From the NCBI RefSeq assembly GCF_021869535.1, contig NW_026262690.1, forward strand, positions 36,642,001 through 36,706,000: DNA of 64,000 bases. Direction: 5' to 3'. The notes under the pieces were generated by a model that searched no databases, was not told where the DNA came from, and saw only the letters and a program-made list of their open reading frames with translations. Below are positions 63,847-64,000 of this stretch, one piece after another. Made by a program: the position numbers and the translations under genes. The DNA is from Mytilus californianus (Eukaryota). Each line of letters opens with the position of its first letter. Position 1 is the first letter of the stretch.

Positions 63847-64000
63847 CAACAACAAAGATACTTTAATAGAGAAACAAAGGATATTGGGCATCTATCCATG
63901 ACAGAAAATTAGTACATGCACAGCAAAAAAAAAACACACAAAAAAGCAAAGGAACAGCGCTTTTATTGTTGTTCTTCAACTCAAAGTCACAGTGAGGCCT

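Overview
AT-rich, repeat-dense animal DNA with spliceosomal introns. The repeat and gene families suggest a bivalve mollusc such as Mytilus (inference, not shown by the sequence). All alignments and translations beyond the supplied ORF track were done by eye. Genes: (1) a minus-strand cluster of two-exon 7TM receptors (class B-like, Methuselah/adhesion-type, no GPS motif) with a signal peptide and Cys-rich repeat ectodomain. It has two apparently intact recent paralogs (gene 1: 5740-4178 joined to 802-<1; gene 2: 35268-33700 joined to 22159-20624), one 5' fragment (~41.6-41.8 kb) and one decayed pseudogene (60.4-63.3 kb). (2) A single-coding-exon 694-aa protein with an N-terminal CARD-like domain and a helical domain (45229-47313 +). 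(3) An 8-exon aldo-keto reductase of about 376 aa (51303-59387 +). The rest is a ~7.5-kb segmental duplication, Penelope-like retroelement remnants (probably Naiad type), eight hammerhead-ribozyme-like motifs in three families, a Helitron, a Helentron-type HINE carrying a copy of its own flank, several MITEs, a tRNA-derived SINE and minisatellites. No CRISPR, rRNA or true tRNA gene was found. Most notable: the localized hypervariable receptor ectodomain, the hammerhead motifs, the head-to-head retroelement ends enclosing a receptor exon piece, and the CARD-helical protein.
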